A stretch of DNA of 10,510 nucleotides from Sulfurihydrogenibium sp. (GTDB taxonomy: Bacteria > Aquificota > Aquificia > Aquificales > Hydrogenothermaceae), in assembly GCA_037442825.1 (NCBI GenBank), contig JBBIPN010000045.1:1-10510 (forward strand). The letters are read 5' to 3'. Below are positions 1 to 7,946 of this stretch, piece by piece (position 1 is the stretch's first letter; every line of letters starts with the position of its first letter). A program made the position numbers and the translations under genes. The notes below the pieces were generated by a model. The model worked only from the letters and a program-made list of their open reading frames with translations, had not been told where the DNA came from and did not search any database.

Positions 1-66
1 ATATATTATGATATGGATGATATAGTAAAAAGAGCTTTAGAAGTATTTGAGGAGAGGGTAAGATAA
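1..66 (+). CDS. glf: UDP-galactopyranose mutase, C-terminal fragment (5'-truncated by window edge)
   Basis: Frame +1 reads IYYDMDDIVKRALEVFEERVR* (TAA at 64-66), matching the conserved Glf C-terminal motif Y-x-Y-Y-D/N-M-D/H-x-(V/I)-x-x-A-L. The stop overlaps the next ATG (TAATG). Only 21 codons are visible and the fragment is not in the ORF track. Confidence 0.75.
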   Translation: MYYDMDDIVKRALEVFEERVR

Positions 67-1085
67 TGTTAAATATATATAAAGACACTAAAGTTTATGT
101 AGCAGCTCCTGCTGCAGGTGCTACCGGAGGCCCAGAACTACTTCATCAATTAGCATATCATTTACGTAATTATTTAAATATAGCTACATATATGTTTTAT
201 TATCCTACTAACCATCCAAATCCAATTCATCCTGAATATAAAATTTACAATAATCCTTTTGTAAGAGAAATAGAAGATGATAAAGATAATATACTTATCG
301 TACCAGAAGTTAAGTCAGGTTTAGATTTTTTAGGAAAATATGAAAAGATACGAAAAATTATATGGTGGCTCAGTGTTGATAATTTTTATTTATCAACTGC
401 TCAAAACTATAAAAAAAATTTTTTTTCTAAATATGATATAAGCGAAATAGCTCTAAAAAAATTAAAAATACAATTAAATCTAAGAAAATTCGAAATGATT
501 GTAAATGTTGATTTTCATTTAGTTCAAAGTTTTTATGCTAAGGAACATTTAGAAGAAGCAGGTATTAGTAAAGAAAAAATACTTTATCTATCAGATTACT
601 TAAACAAAGATTTTCTTAGTATTCAAACTGATTTATCTAAAAAAGAAAACATAGTTGTATTTAATCCAAAAAAAGGATTTCTTTTCACCAAAAAAATAAT
701 TCAAGCAGCCCCAAATATGAAATTTGTACCATTGATAAATATGACAAGACAGCAAGTTATAGAAACGTTGCAGAAAGCAAAAGTTTATATAGATTTTGGA
801 AATCATCCTGGTAAAGATAGGATTCCGCGGGAAGCTGCTATTTTGGGTTGTTGCGTTATTACTGGTAAAAGAGGTTCTGCTGCTTATTTTGAAGATGTAG
901 CGATACCTGGAAGTTATAAATTTGAAGATAAAAAAGAAAATATACAAAAAATTATAGAAAAGATAAAAGACTGTTTGGAAAATTTTGAAGAAAAATATAA
1001 AGATTTTGATTATTATAGACAAGTCATAAAATATGAACCACAAAAATTTGTTAAAGATTTAAAGAAAATTTTTGTAAAAGTTTAA
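66..1085 (+). CDS. Putative GT-B fold glycosyltransferase of polysaccharide loci (possibly a galactofuranosyltransferase)
   Basis: 339-aa ORF with GAGGAG RBS at 49-54, coupled to glf. It has an N-terminal Gly-rich loop (ATGGPELLHQL) and a C-terminal YIDFGNHPGKDRIPREAAILGCCVIT motif, positioned like the GT4 EGFGLPxLEAMAxGxPVI motif. Galf specificity is inferred only from adjacency to glf. Confidence 0.65.
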   Translation: MLNIYKDTKVYVAAPAAGATGGPELLHQLAYHLRNYLNIATYMFYYPTNHPNPIHPEYKIYNNPFVREIEDDKDNILIVPEVKSGLDFLGKYEKIRKIIWWLSVDNFYLSTAQNYKKNFFSKYDISEIALKKLKIQLNLRKFEMIVNVDFHLVQSFYAKEHLEEAGISKEKILYLSDYLNKDFLSIQTDLSKKENIVVFNPKKGFLFTKKIIQAAPNMKFVPLINMTRQQVIETLQKAKVYIDFGNHPGKDRIPREAAILGCCVITGKRGSAAYFEDVAIPGSYKFEDKKENIQKIIEKIKDCLENFEEKYKDFDYYRQVIKYEPQKFVKDLKKIFVKV

Positions 1086-1352
1086 AAATAACGCCTAAAA
1101 CTTCCATCGTCATGCTTAATTAAACGGAATTTTTGCAAGCATAAGTACAAGGAAAGTTTGATATTTCAATAAAATTGGATAATCTTTTAATACATTTTTC
1201 TTTTCAATTAATTAGAAAATCAAGACATTATATTCTTTCTTTATTCACTCTGTATATAATTCAGTTTTTACTTACACGAATAAGAGAAAAGAATTTCTTT
1301 CGTTCAAAAAAGAATTGAAGTAATTAATTTGTTTTTGGAATTAATATATTAG

Positions 1353-1752
1353 CAATACGAATATCTATCCAAAAAACTTAAACTAGCAGATGCTATTTTA
1401 AAATACATAAATAAAAATCCTATTATAAAATCATTTATAGATTCAAAATTAAAGGAAATCGATACTTATATAGATAACTCACAAAAAGAAATTGTAGAAC
1501 TTGAATCTAAAATAAAAGATAGAAATTTTAAAATCTAAAAGACAAGCATCACAAATGGGTATTACTTTGCCCTCATAACCTGTTATTCCAAATGATAAAT
1601 ATAAACTTAAGAGATTCTTTATTGTTGCTATATTATTCATTAGTTCAACATTTATAGCTATTTTTATAGTATTACTAAGAGAATTAATAAACACAAAAAA
1701 CTCAAAGGTTAAATTAAGATTTAATTTGAAAAGAAAATTTTTAATTTTTTAA
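1353..1752 (+). pseudogene. wzz: Degraded Wzz-like polysaccharide chain-length determinant remnant
   Basis: Frame +3 at 1353-1538 gives a coiled-coil-like segment (KLADAILKYINKNPIIKSFIDSKLKEIDTYIDNSQKEIVELESKIK). Frame +1 at 1516-1752 gives KIEILKSKRQASQMGITLPS*PVIPNDKYKLKRFFIVAILFISSTFIAIFIVLLRELI, the Wzz-type Pro-rich/basic motif plus TM2. There is a frameshift near 1515, an in-frame TAA at 1576-1578, and no start codon. Confidence 0.6.
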
Positions 1753-1790
1753 TTATAATTTAATAGTAAAAATTTTTTAACAGGTTTTAG

Positions 1791-2468
1791 ATGAGAAAAT
1801 TAGTTATTATAAAGAGAATAAAAGACAACAATAACATTAACTTAGTGTATACTTTTTTAAAAAACAATAATATAAAAGTAGAAAACTTTTTTAAACATTT
1901 AAAAGAGTATGGAAAATTTGAATTTTATATTGATAAAGAAATTTTAGATAGTATAATCAAAGACCTATCAAACCTCGCAGAGATAGAAATAAATGATACT
2001 TCTCAAACAGAGATAAATAAAAGAGATTATGGTATTAACAATCAAATAAATAGTCCTTTTAGTTTTTTTGTTTTATCTTTTTTAGATATTTTTATTGTTT
2101 TAACATTTATAGAGATTACATTTAAAATTTTAAACCTTGATTATTTAATACTTAACTATTTAGGTGAAAATTTATCTCACTATTTTATAATAATACTAAA
2201 GCTTGCTTTTTCTTTTGTATATATTAAAGGCTTTTTAGATTTTATAAATTCAACACCTATTGGTTATTTATTCAAAGTTAAAATATACGGTTCTCAAACT
2301 AATATAATATCTACATTTCTAACACCTATAATAGGATTTTACTTAATAAAGTTAGATTCTAATACATTTAAACTTTTAGGTTTATTTTTGATAGTTTTTT
2401 ATATAGTTTCTGTATTTGTGACATTTAAATATCTTAGTCTTTCTTTAGAAAGAGATAAAGATTTATAA
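1791..2468 (+). CDS. Hypothetical membrane protein: soluble ~85-aa N-terminal domain plus ~4 TM helices, weakly RDD-like
   Basis: 225-aa ORF with an AGGT RBS-like motif at 1782-1785 and a hydrophobic C-terminal half. The segments FFVLSFLDIFIV and NSTPIGYLFKVKIY loosely resemble the RDD motifs (RxxAxxID; GxTxGKxxxxIxV). Confidence 0.6.
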   Translation: MRKLVIIKRIKDNNNINLVYTFLKNNNIKVENFFKHLKEYGKFEFYIDKEILDSIIKDLSNLAEIEINDTSQTEINKRDYGINNQINSPFSFFVLSFLDIFIVLTFIEITFKILNLDYLILNYLGENLSHYFIIILKLAFSFVYIKGFLDFINSTPIGYLFKVKIYGSQTNIISTFLTPIIGFYLIKLDSNTFKLLGLFLIVFYIVSVFVTFKYLSLSLERDKDL

Positions 2469-3597
2469 TTAATGTAATAAAATGAAATATGAAAATATAA
2501 CTCATATATTCGTAAACATTGTTAAACTTAAGTACAACAAAACCAAGATAGTAAGATATTAAGTATAAGTATATCAAAACTATAAACTTTTCTATAGCTA
2601 CGTTTGTTGAAAATATCAGTAAATTTATAAGTAATGGAAAGATAGATAAAATATAGTAAGGTAAAAATTCTGATGCTTCTAAAAATTTATCACCAAATAA
2701 AATTGAGAATACTTCTTTACCAAACAGATAACTAAACAATGATGAAGAAATTATAATAAAAATAACTAAAAGTATAGACTTAATTAGATAGCTTTTATAG
2801 TTTTCTTTATCTTTTGCTATCTTTACAAAGAAAACAGAAAAAAGTGTTATACATAGCCAGATAATAGCTTTGCCAAGTATAGATACAGAAGCAAATAAAC
2901 CAGCTGTATATGAATCAAAAACTCGTTTTATAAATATATCATCTGCATATATAAAAATACCTGTAGGTGATATTAACAAAAAACTTTTTATGATTTTTTT
3001 TATTGTTATAATCTCAACTTTACCAAAAATATTTTTATTTATATAAAAAAGTAAAACAGATATTAAGGAAACAGATATTAATGTAGATGCTAACGCTCCA
3101 TTTACACCAAAATTAAGACTTACTAAGATAAGTGCAAACACTAATCTTAATGAAAGCTCTAATGAATTAATTAAAGAGTATAGTCCAAATCTATTTTGTG
3201 ATTGTAAAAAACCCTTTTCTGTACTTATTAAAAATATAAAAAACCAAACTAAAGAAACAATAAAAAAACTACTTAAATCAGAAACATTTAAAAAAGATTT
3301 AAAAAAACTTGATAAAAAAATACCTACCAAAAAAGCAAACAGTCCAGCTACTAAAGCCATCAATCTTAAAAATCTAAGTACCTCATACTTTTTTATTTCA
3401 TTCTCTAAAACTTCTTTGATAGTTAAAGTAGGATAAACACTAGATAAAAACGATACACTAAGCATGAGAGAGTATAAAACCATAAATTCTCCATATTTTT
3501 CAGGTCCAAGACTTCTACTTACTGTAAAATGAAATACATATCCAAGGATATTAATATATAGAAACATTAAAGACAGAAAACTAAAATTTTTTATCAT
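2434..3597 (-). CDS. wzx: Oligosaccharide flippase (Wzx/MOP superfamily)
   Basis: 387-aa polytopic membrane protein with about 12 hydrophobic segments. It has the typical N-terminal pattern (NILGYVFHFTVSRSLGPEKYGEF) and the second-half pattern (DDIFIKRVFDSYTAGLFASVSILGK). Confidence 0.85.
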   Translation of the reverse strand: MIKNFSFLSLMFLYINILGYVFHFTVSRSLGPEKYGEFMVLYSLMLSVSFLSSVYPTLTIKEVLENEIKKYEVLRFLRLMALVAGLFAFLVGIFLSSFFKSFLNVSDLSSFFIVSLVWFFIFLISTEKGFLQSQNRFGLYSLINSLELSLRLVFALILVSLNFGVNGALASTLISVSLISVLLFYINKNIFGKVEIITIKKIIKSFLLISPTGIFIYADDIFIKRVFDSYTAGLFASVSILGKAIIWLCITLFSVFFVKIAKDKENYKSYLIKSILLVIFIIISSSLFSYLFGKEVFSILFGDKFLEASEFLPYYILSIFPLLINLLIFSTNVAIEKFIVLIYLYLISYYLGFVVLKFNNVYEYMSYIFIFHFITLIINLYLFLKKD

Positions 3598-4663
3598 TAA
3601 AAACCTTTAGTAAATATTTTTCGTACTGATCTGCTATAGTGTCCCATGTGTAGTTTTTTGCAAAATTTATAGCATTTAAAGACATTTTACTCAACAAATC
3701 ATTATTATTCCATACATACAATATTTTTTCTCTCAAATCTTTAACATTTTCTTTTTTAAAAGAGATACCAAAGCCACCTTCTACAGCATAGTTTAACTCG
3801 GGAATGTCAGAAACTATAACTGGGGTACCTACTGCTGCAGATTCTAAAACTACAACACCTTGACCTTCATACCTTGAAGGAACTATCAAAAATTTTGCAT
3901 TTTTAAGTATACTTATCTTATCTTCATTTGATACATATCCTATATATCTAATATTTTCTTTTGTTATCTTTAATTTATCTATGTCTTTTCCAGAACCAGC
4001 AATATATAGAGGTATATCTAAATCTTTAAAAGCTTCTAAAAGTATATCAATTCCTTTGTGGTAAAAATCTATCCTTCCTAAAAATAAACAGTAAAATTTA
4101 TTACTTTTATTAGCATCTTGGTATTCTAAAAATATTTCATCAATACCATTTGATATAACTACAGTATCTTTAATACCAAATTTCTTTTTGGATATCTCTG
4201 AAACTGTAATTATGTTATCGAACTTTTTAGGATATAAACTTTCAATATAGTAAAAAGGTAGACCAAATAATTTGTATCTTCTTAAAATGTTTTTTCCTTC
4301 TTTGTGGTGGGTTTGTAGTATTACTGTTTTTTTATCTTTTAGTTTATAACTAAACAATGGATTCCATGGTGCAAAATCTTCAACGATAATATTAAAATCT
4401 TTACAGTGTTGTTTTAAAAATCTCGTTCCATAAAAGGCATAGCTGAATGTACTTAAGATGTAGTTTTTTGAAATACCGATAAATTTATATTTAAAATTTT
4501 CATTAACGTTATAATCTATAGCTTTTGGATATTTACCACTTACGACAGTGATTTTATAACCTTTTTGTGATAATCTTTTATATATCTCATACACTCTAAC
4601 AGCTCCACCACCACCAACCCATGGATTATTTATATGATCGTATATTAGGTGTAAGATTTTCAT
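3581..4663 (-). CDS. Glycosyltransferase family 4 (GT-B, retaining)
   Basis: MKILHL..NPWVGGGGAVRVYEI N-terminus, FLGRI...KG, and the EX7E motif PSRYEGQGVVVLESAAVGTPVIVSD. ATGA overlap with the upstream gene. Confidence 0.92.
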   Translation of the reverse strand: MKILHLIYDHINNPWVGGGGAVRVYEIYKRLSQKGYKITVVSGKYPKAIDYNVNENFKYKFIGISKNYILSTFSYAFYGTRFLKQHCKDFNIIVEDFAPWNPLFSYKLKDKKTVILQTHHKEGKNILRRYKLFGLPFYYIESLYPKKFDNIITVSEISKKKFGIKDTVVISNGIDEIFLEYQDANKSNKFYCLFLGRIDFYHKGIDILLEAFKDLDIPLYIAGSGKDIDKLKITKENIRYIGYVSNEDKISILKNAKFLIVPSRYEGQGVVVLESAAVGTPVIVSDIPELNYAVEGGFGISFKKENVKDLREKILYVWNNNDLLSKMSLNAINFAKNYTWDTIADQYEKYLLKVFNDKKF

Positions 4664-5622
4664 TTTAATAAAGGTCTTAAGATTTTAATAGTTTTATATC
4701 CAAATAATGAAGAAAATAATATTATTAGTTTTAAAAATCCTTTTTTACCAGGTGAAAAATGTTTATAGTATTTCAAGTAAATATAAAAAGATTTCAATGA
4801 TAAATATTTATCTTTTCTTTTATTATATTCTATTAAATCATATATAACTTGTCTCTCATAATTGGTTAAACTTTTTTCTAAACTCTTTAACACTGAAACC
4901 AATATTAAAGAATGATTACTTAAAAAGTTATCGCCTTTCGTTAAAAAATACTTTAGTAGGTTTTTAAAATTAGCTTTAAAAGCTCCTGTTGTATTGCTAC
5001 CATGTAATCTATAATATATCAATTTTTCATCTAAAAACTTAACTTTACCTATTTTTGAAGCAACTAAATTGAGCCACCAATCATGATGAGGTATATTGTT
5101 TGGGAACGGTAAAGCATAATCAAGAAGCTTTCTGTTTATTAAAAAAGTACAACCAGGAAATCTACTTCCAAAAAGAAAACTTACAAAATCAGTATTTTTA
5201 TCAACTTTAATATAATCTATAAAACTATCGTATATAACTTTATCATTATCATCTATTATATAAGCATCTGATAAAACTATTAAATTATCTTCAATATTTT
5301 TATATAAAATATCTAATTTGTTAGGAGACCAGATATCATCTTGGTCTGACAATGCTATGAAATCTCCATTACATAAGCTTAAGGCTTTTTCAAAGTTCTT
5401 AACTACTCCAAGCTTTTTTTTGTTTATATAGTACTTTAGATTATTGTACTTTTTTGAATACTGATTTAATATTTCAGCTGTTTTATCTGTTGAAGCATCA
5501 TCACATACTATTACTTCAATATTTTCATAAGTTTGAGAAAATATTGAGTTCAACTGTTTAGATAAAAAATTTTCTCCATTATAAGTTGTCATTGCTATTG
5601 ATATTAATGGTTTTTCCATCAT
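4660..5622 (-). CDS. Glycosyltransferase family 2 (rhamnosyltransferase/RgpB-like subgroup)
   Basis: Motifs ISIAMTTYNGE, VCDDASTD, ALSDQDDIW, HHDWW and YRLHGSN are typical of this GT2 subgroup. The donor sugar is inferred. ATGA overlap with the upstream gene. Confidence 0.88.
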   Translation of the reverse strand: MMEKPLISIAMTTYNGENFLSKQLNSIFSQTYENIEVIVCDDASTDKTAEILNQYSKKYNNLKYYINKKKLGVVKNFEKALSLCNGDFIALSDQDDIWSPNKLDILYKNIEDNLIVLSDAYIIDDNDKVIYDSFIDYIKVDKNTDFVSFLFGSRFPGCTFLINRKLLDYALPFPNNIPHHDWWLNLVASKIGKVKFLDEKLIYYRLHGSNTTGAFKANFKNLLKYFLTKGDNFLSNHSLILVSVLKSLEKSLTNYERQVIYDLIEYNKRKDKYLSLKSFYIYLKYYKHFSPGKKGFLKLIILFSSLFGYKTIKILRPLLK

Positions 5623-6326
5623 CTAATTCTCTCAAATTTTAATTTCCAAACCATTATAGCGGCCTCTAATGCTATCTTTCTACTCATTTTAGAAGACCCT
5701 TCGTTTCTTTCGTAGAATATGATTGGTATTTCTGTTACTTTACATCCTATTTTTACTAATCTGTAAACCATCTCTATTTGAAAAGCATATCCATTAGATT
5801 TTATTTTATTTAAATCTATTTTTTCCAAACATTTTCTGCTATAGCATCTATAACCACTTGTAACATCTGATAAATTTTTTAGTTTAAGTATTGTAGTTGC
5901 ATACATGTTGGCAAATTTCGAAAGTAAAAGCCTTTTAAAATCCCAACCAACAACACTTATAGTCCCATTAATATACCTTGATCCTATTACTAAGTCATAT
6001 CCTTCTTTCATTTTTTCTATAAATTTTGCTATATCTTCTGGATTATGAGATAAATCACTGTCCATTTCAAAAAATATATCGTAATCTCTTTTTAATCCCC
6101 ATTTAAAACCTTCGATATAAGCTGTTCCAAGTCCAAGTTTAGCAGGTCTTTGAATTAAATATATCCTATTTGATCTATTCATCCAGCTTTTTATCTCTTC
6201 AACTGTTTTATCTTGTGAGTTATCATCTATAAATAATAAATCCACATCATGCTTTAAAAGTTTTGGTATAAGTTGATTTATATTTTTTTCTTCGTTATAA
6301 GTTGGTAATACTATTAAAATTCTCAT
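5619..6326 (-). CDS. Polyprenol-monophosphomannose synthase-like GT2 (Ppm1/DPM1 family)
   Basis: Motifs LPTYNE, IDDNSQDKT, RPAKLGLGTAYIEGF, EMDSDLSHNP, VIGSRY, DVTSGYR, SNGYAFQIEM and EIPIIFYERNEGSSKMS. The start was moved from 6332 to ATG 6326 (MRILIV) because AAGGT lies 6 nt upstream of it. Confidence 0.9.
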   Translation of the reverse strand: MRILIVLPTYNEEKNINQLIPKLLKHDVDLLFIDDNSQDKTVEEIKSWMNRSNRIYLIQRPAKLGLGTAYIEGFKWGLKRDYDIFFEMDSDLSHNPEDIAKFIEKMKEGYDLVIGSRYINGTISVVGWDFKRLLLSKFANMYATTILKLKNLSDVTSGYRCYSRKCLEKIDLNKIKSNGYAFQIEMVYRLVKIGCKVTEIPIIFYERNEGSSKMSRKIALEAAIMVWKLKFERIR

Positions 6327-7404
6327 TTGCATACCTTATAAATTCCTCTCTTGTTTTTACCCAGTTGAAGTTTTTAGCCCAGTTTATACAGTTTTGAGAC
6401 AATTTTTTATAAAAATCTTTATCTTTAAAAGATTTGATAATCATATCACAAGCTTCTTCTTTATTGTTTACTAAAAATCCAGTTTCTTCATCTTTTATGC
6501 TATCTATTAAACCTTTTACCTTAAAGCCTACTGCTGGTGTTCCAAAAGCATTTGCCTGTATAACTACCTGACCCCATCCTTCTCTAATACTTGGTACTAT
6601 AATAAAATGAGATTTTTTTAGATACTCTTTTTTTTTATCTTCATTTACATAACCTACAAACTCAATACTCTTTACATTTTTATACTTTTCTTTTAAATAC
6701 TCTAAAAGTGGACCAGTTCCAACCATTATAAGCTTTGAATTTTCTATTTGTTTTAAGACATGTAAAAATATCTTTATAGCTGATTCTGGATTTTTTGTTT
6801 TTTTCATTCTTCCAACATATACAAGTGTTAAGTTTTTGTCTTTTTCTGGCATTTCGTCTGAAACATAGTATTCAAGACCATTTGGTATTATTGTAACATC
6901 TTTAAATCCAAGTTTTTCTAAATCTTCTTTTGTAGATTGTGATACAGTTATTGTTTTTTTATTTTTATAAAATCTCAGTAGTACCTTTTCTAAAAATCTA
7001 AAGATGTAACCAACGTTACCAAGTTCTACATTCCAAAATTCTTCGTAAAGTTGATGAATTAGTAATACTGAGTTCTTTTTAAAAAATGTAAAAAATCCAA
7101 TACCGTTAAATTCATCTATTATTAAATAATCTTCTTTTTTATTTAAAGCATACAGAAAACCATAAAAATGAGTAGTAAATTCATTTCCTTTTCTTATGAA
7201 TTTTATACCATCAATAAATTCTTCTGAAGTTAAATTTTTAGCTTTTGATGAAAACCACTCTACATTAAAACCGCTATCTCTAAAGCCTTTAGCTATTTCA
7301 AAAGTGTAAACTTCTGCACCACCTTTTTCAGGATGTTTCACACATCTCCTATTTAAAATTAGAATGTTATTAATTTTTAAGCCATATATAAGCTTATTAA
7401 CCAT
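6295..7404 (-). CDS. Glycosyltransferase family 4 (GT-B, retaining)
   Basis: ILILNRRCVKHPEKGGAEVYTFEI N-terminus, YVGRMKKTK, and PSIREGWGQVVIQANAFGTPAVGF. The exact start is uncertain. Confidence 0.9.
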   Translation of the reverse strand: MVNKLIYGLKINNILILNRRCVKHPEKGGAEVYTFEIAKGFRDSGFNVEWFSSKAKNLTSEEFIDGIKFIRKGNEFTTHFYGFLYALNKKEDYLIIDEFNGIGFFTFFKKNSVLLIHQLYEEFWNVELGNVGYIFRFLEKVLLRFYKNKKTITVSQSTKEDLEKLGFKDVTIIPNGLEYYVSDEMPEKDKNLTLVYVGRMKKTKNPESAIKIFLHVLKQIENSKLIMVGTGPLLEYLKEKYKNVKSIEFVGYVNEDKKKEYLKKSHFIIVPSIREGWGQVVIQANAFGTPAVGFKVKGLIDSIKDEETGFLVNNKEEACDMIIKSFKDKDFYKKLSQNCINWAKNFNWVKTREEFIRYANENFNSITNL

Positions 7405-7946
7405 ATTACTGTTAATATTAAAATAAAACCTAAAGAAATTAGATTTATTCTATTTTTTTGAATCAGATAGTATAAAAATATTATAATACCTAAAAATGAA
7501 AGTATAGAAAGTAAACTCCAAAAAGTATTTGGAGTTCTATTAAATTTATCTAAACTTAGATATTCTTTTGTAAAATTAGCATCATTATGAGCTTTAATTA
7601 TGGCTGATTGGTTAATTGCAAAGTTTAAATCGTCTCTATATGGTTGATAAAAAGATCTTATTTGAAATAATGAAGATTTTAGTGTTTCATAACAGTATAG
7701 TTTTATAAAACTATCATCTGTGTTAACACATATGTTTTTAAGATTTTTAACAGATTCATTTACTATTTTTGAAAATGGTGTATATGCTAAAATTACTCTC
7801 TCATAGTAATCTATTGCCTGAATAAATTCGCCATTTTTATAACTATTTTCAGCTTTAGAAAAATTTTTGTACTGATAAAAAATATTTTTCACAAAAAAAG
7901 CAAGAATTAAAACAGTAAATATAAGTAGAAGTTTTTTTATATTCAT
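7377..7946 (-). CDS. Membrane-anchored TPR-like hypothetical protein
   Basis: 189 aa with an N-terminal TM/signal anchor, a TPR-like helix pair (AENSYKNGEFIQAIDYYERVI) and two C-terminal TM helices. ATGA-coupled to the upstream GT-C gene. Confidence 0.7.
   Translation of the reverse strand: MNIKKLLLIFTVLILAFFVKNIFYQYKNFSKAENSYKNGEFIQAIDYYERVILAYTPFSKIVNESVKNLKNICVNTDDSFIKLYCYETLKSSLFQIRSFYQPYRDDLNFAINQSAIIKAHNDANFTKEYLSLDKFNRTPNTFWSLLSILSFLGIIIFLYYLIQKNRINLISLGFILILTVIWLISLYMA

Noticed and set aside
411..426. A8T8 perfect palindrome inside the GT-B gene
   Set aside because: Low-complexity sequence expected in very AT-rich DNA (KKNFF codons); the reading frame is intact.
633..1043. 136-aa minus-strand ORF
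   Set aside because: It lies entirely antisense to the 66-1085 gene, and its Phe/Ile-rich sequence is the typical shadow of Lys/Glu-rich AT-rich codons.
1098..1159. Imperfect long hairpin after the GT-B stop (AAACTTCC/GGAAAGTTT and ATGCTT/AAGCAT arms)
   Set aside because: The arms are short and interrupted, the loop is large and there is no clear U-tract, so it cannot be called a terminator or ncRNA.
1479..1694. 71-aa minus-strand ORF
   Set aside because: It is the antisense shadow of the wzz-like remnant and has no recognisable motif.
1726..1759. Possible sigma70 promoter (TTGAAA 1726-1731, TATAAT 1754-1759) for the 1791 gene
   Set aside because: The 22-nt spacer is too long, and such hexamers arise by chance at this AT content.
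6628..6636. 9-nt A/T homopolymer in GT4 as a possible phase-variation tract
   Set aside because: Runs of 7-9 A/T are frequent throughout the window, there are no poly-G/C tracts, and the ORF is intact.
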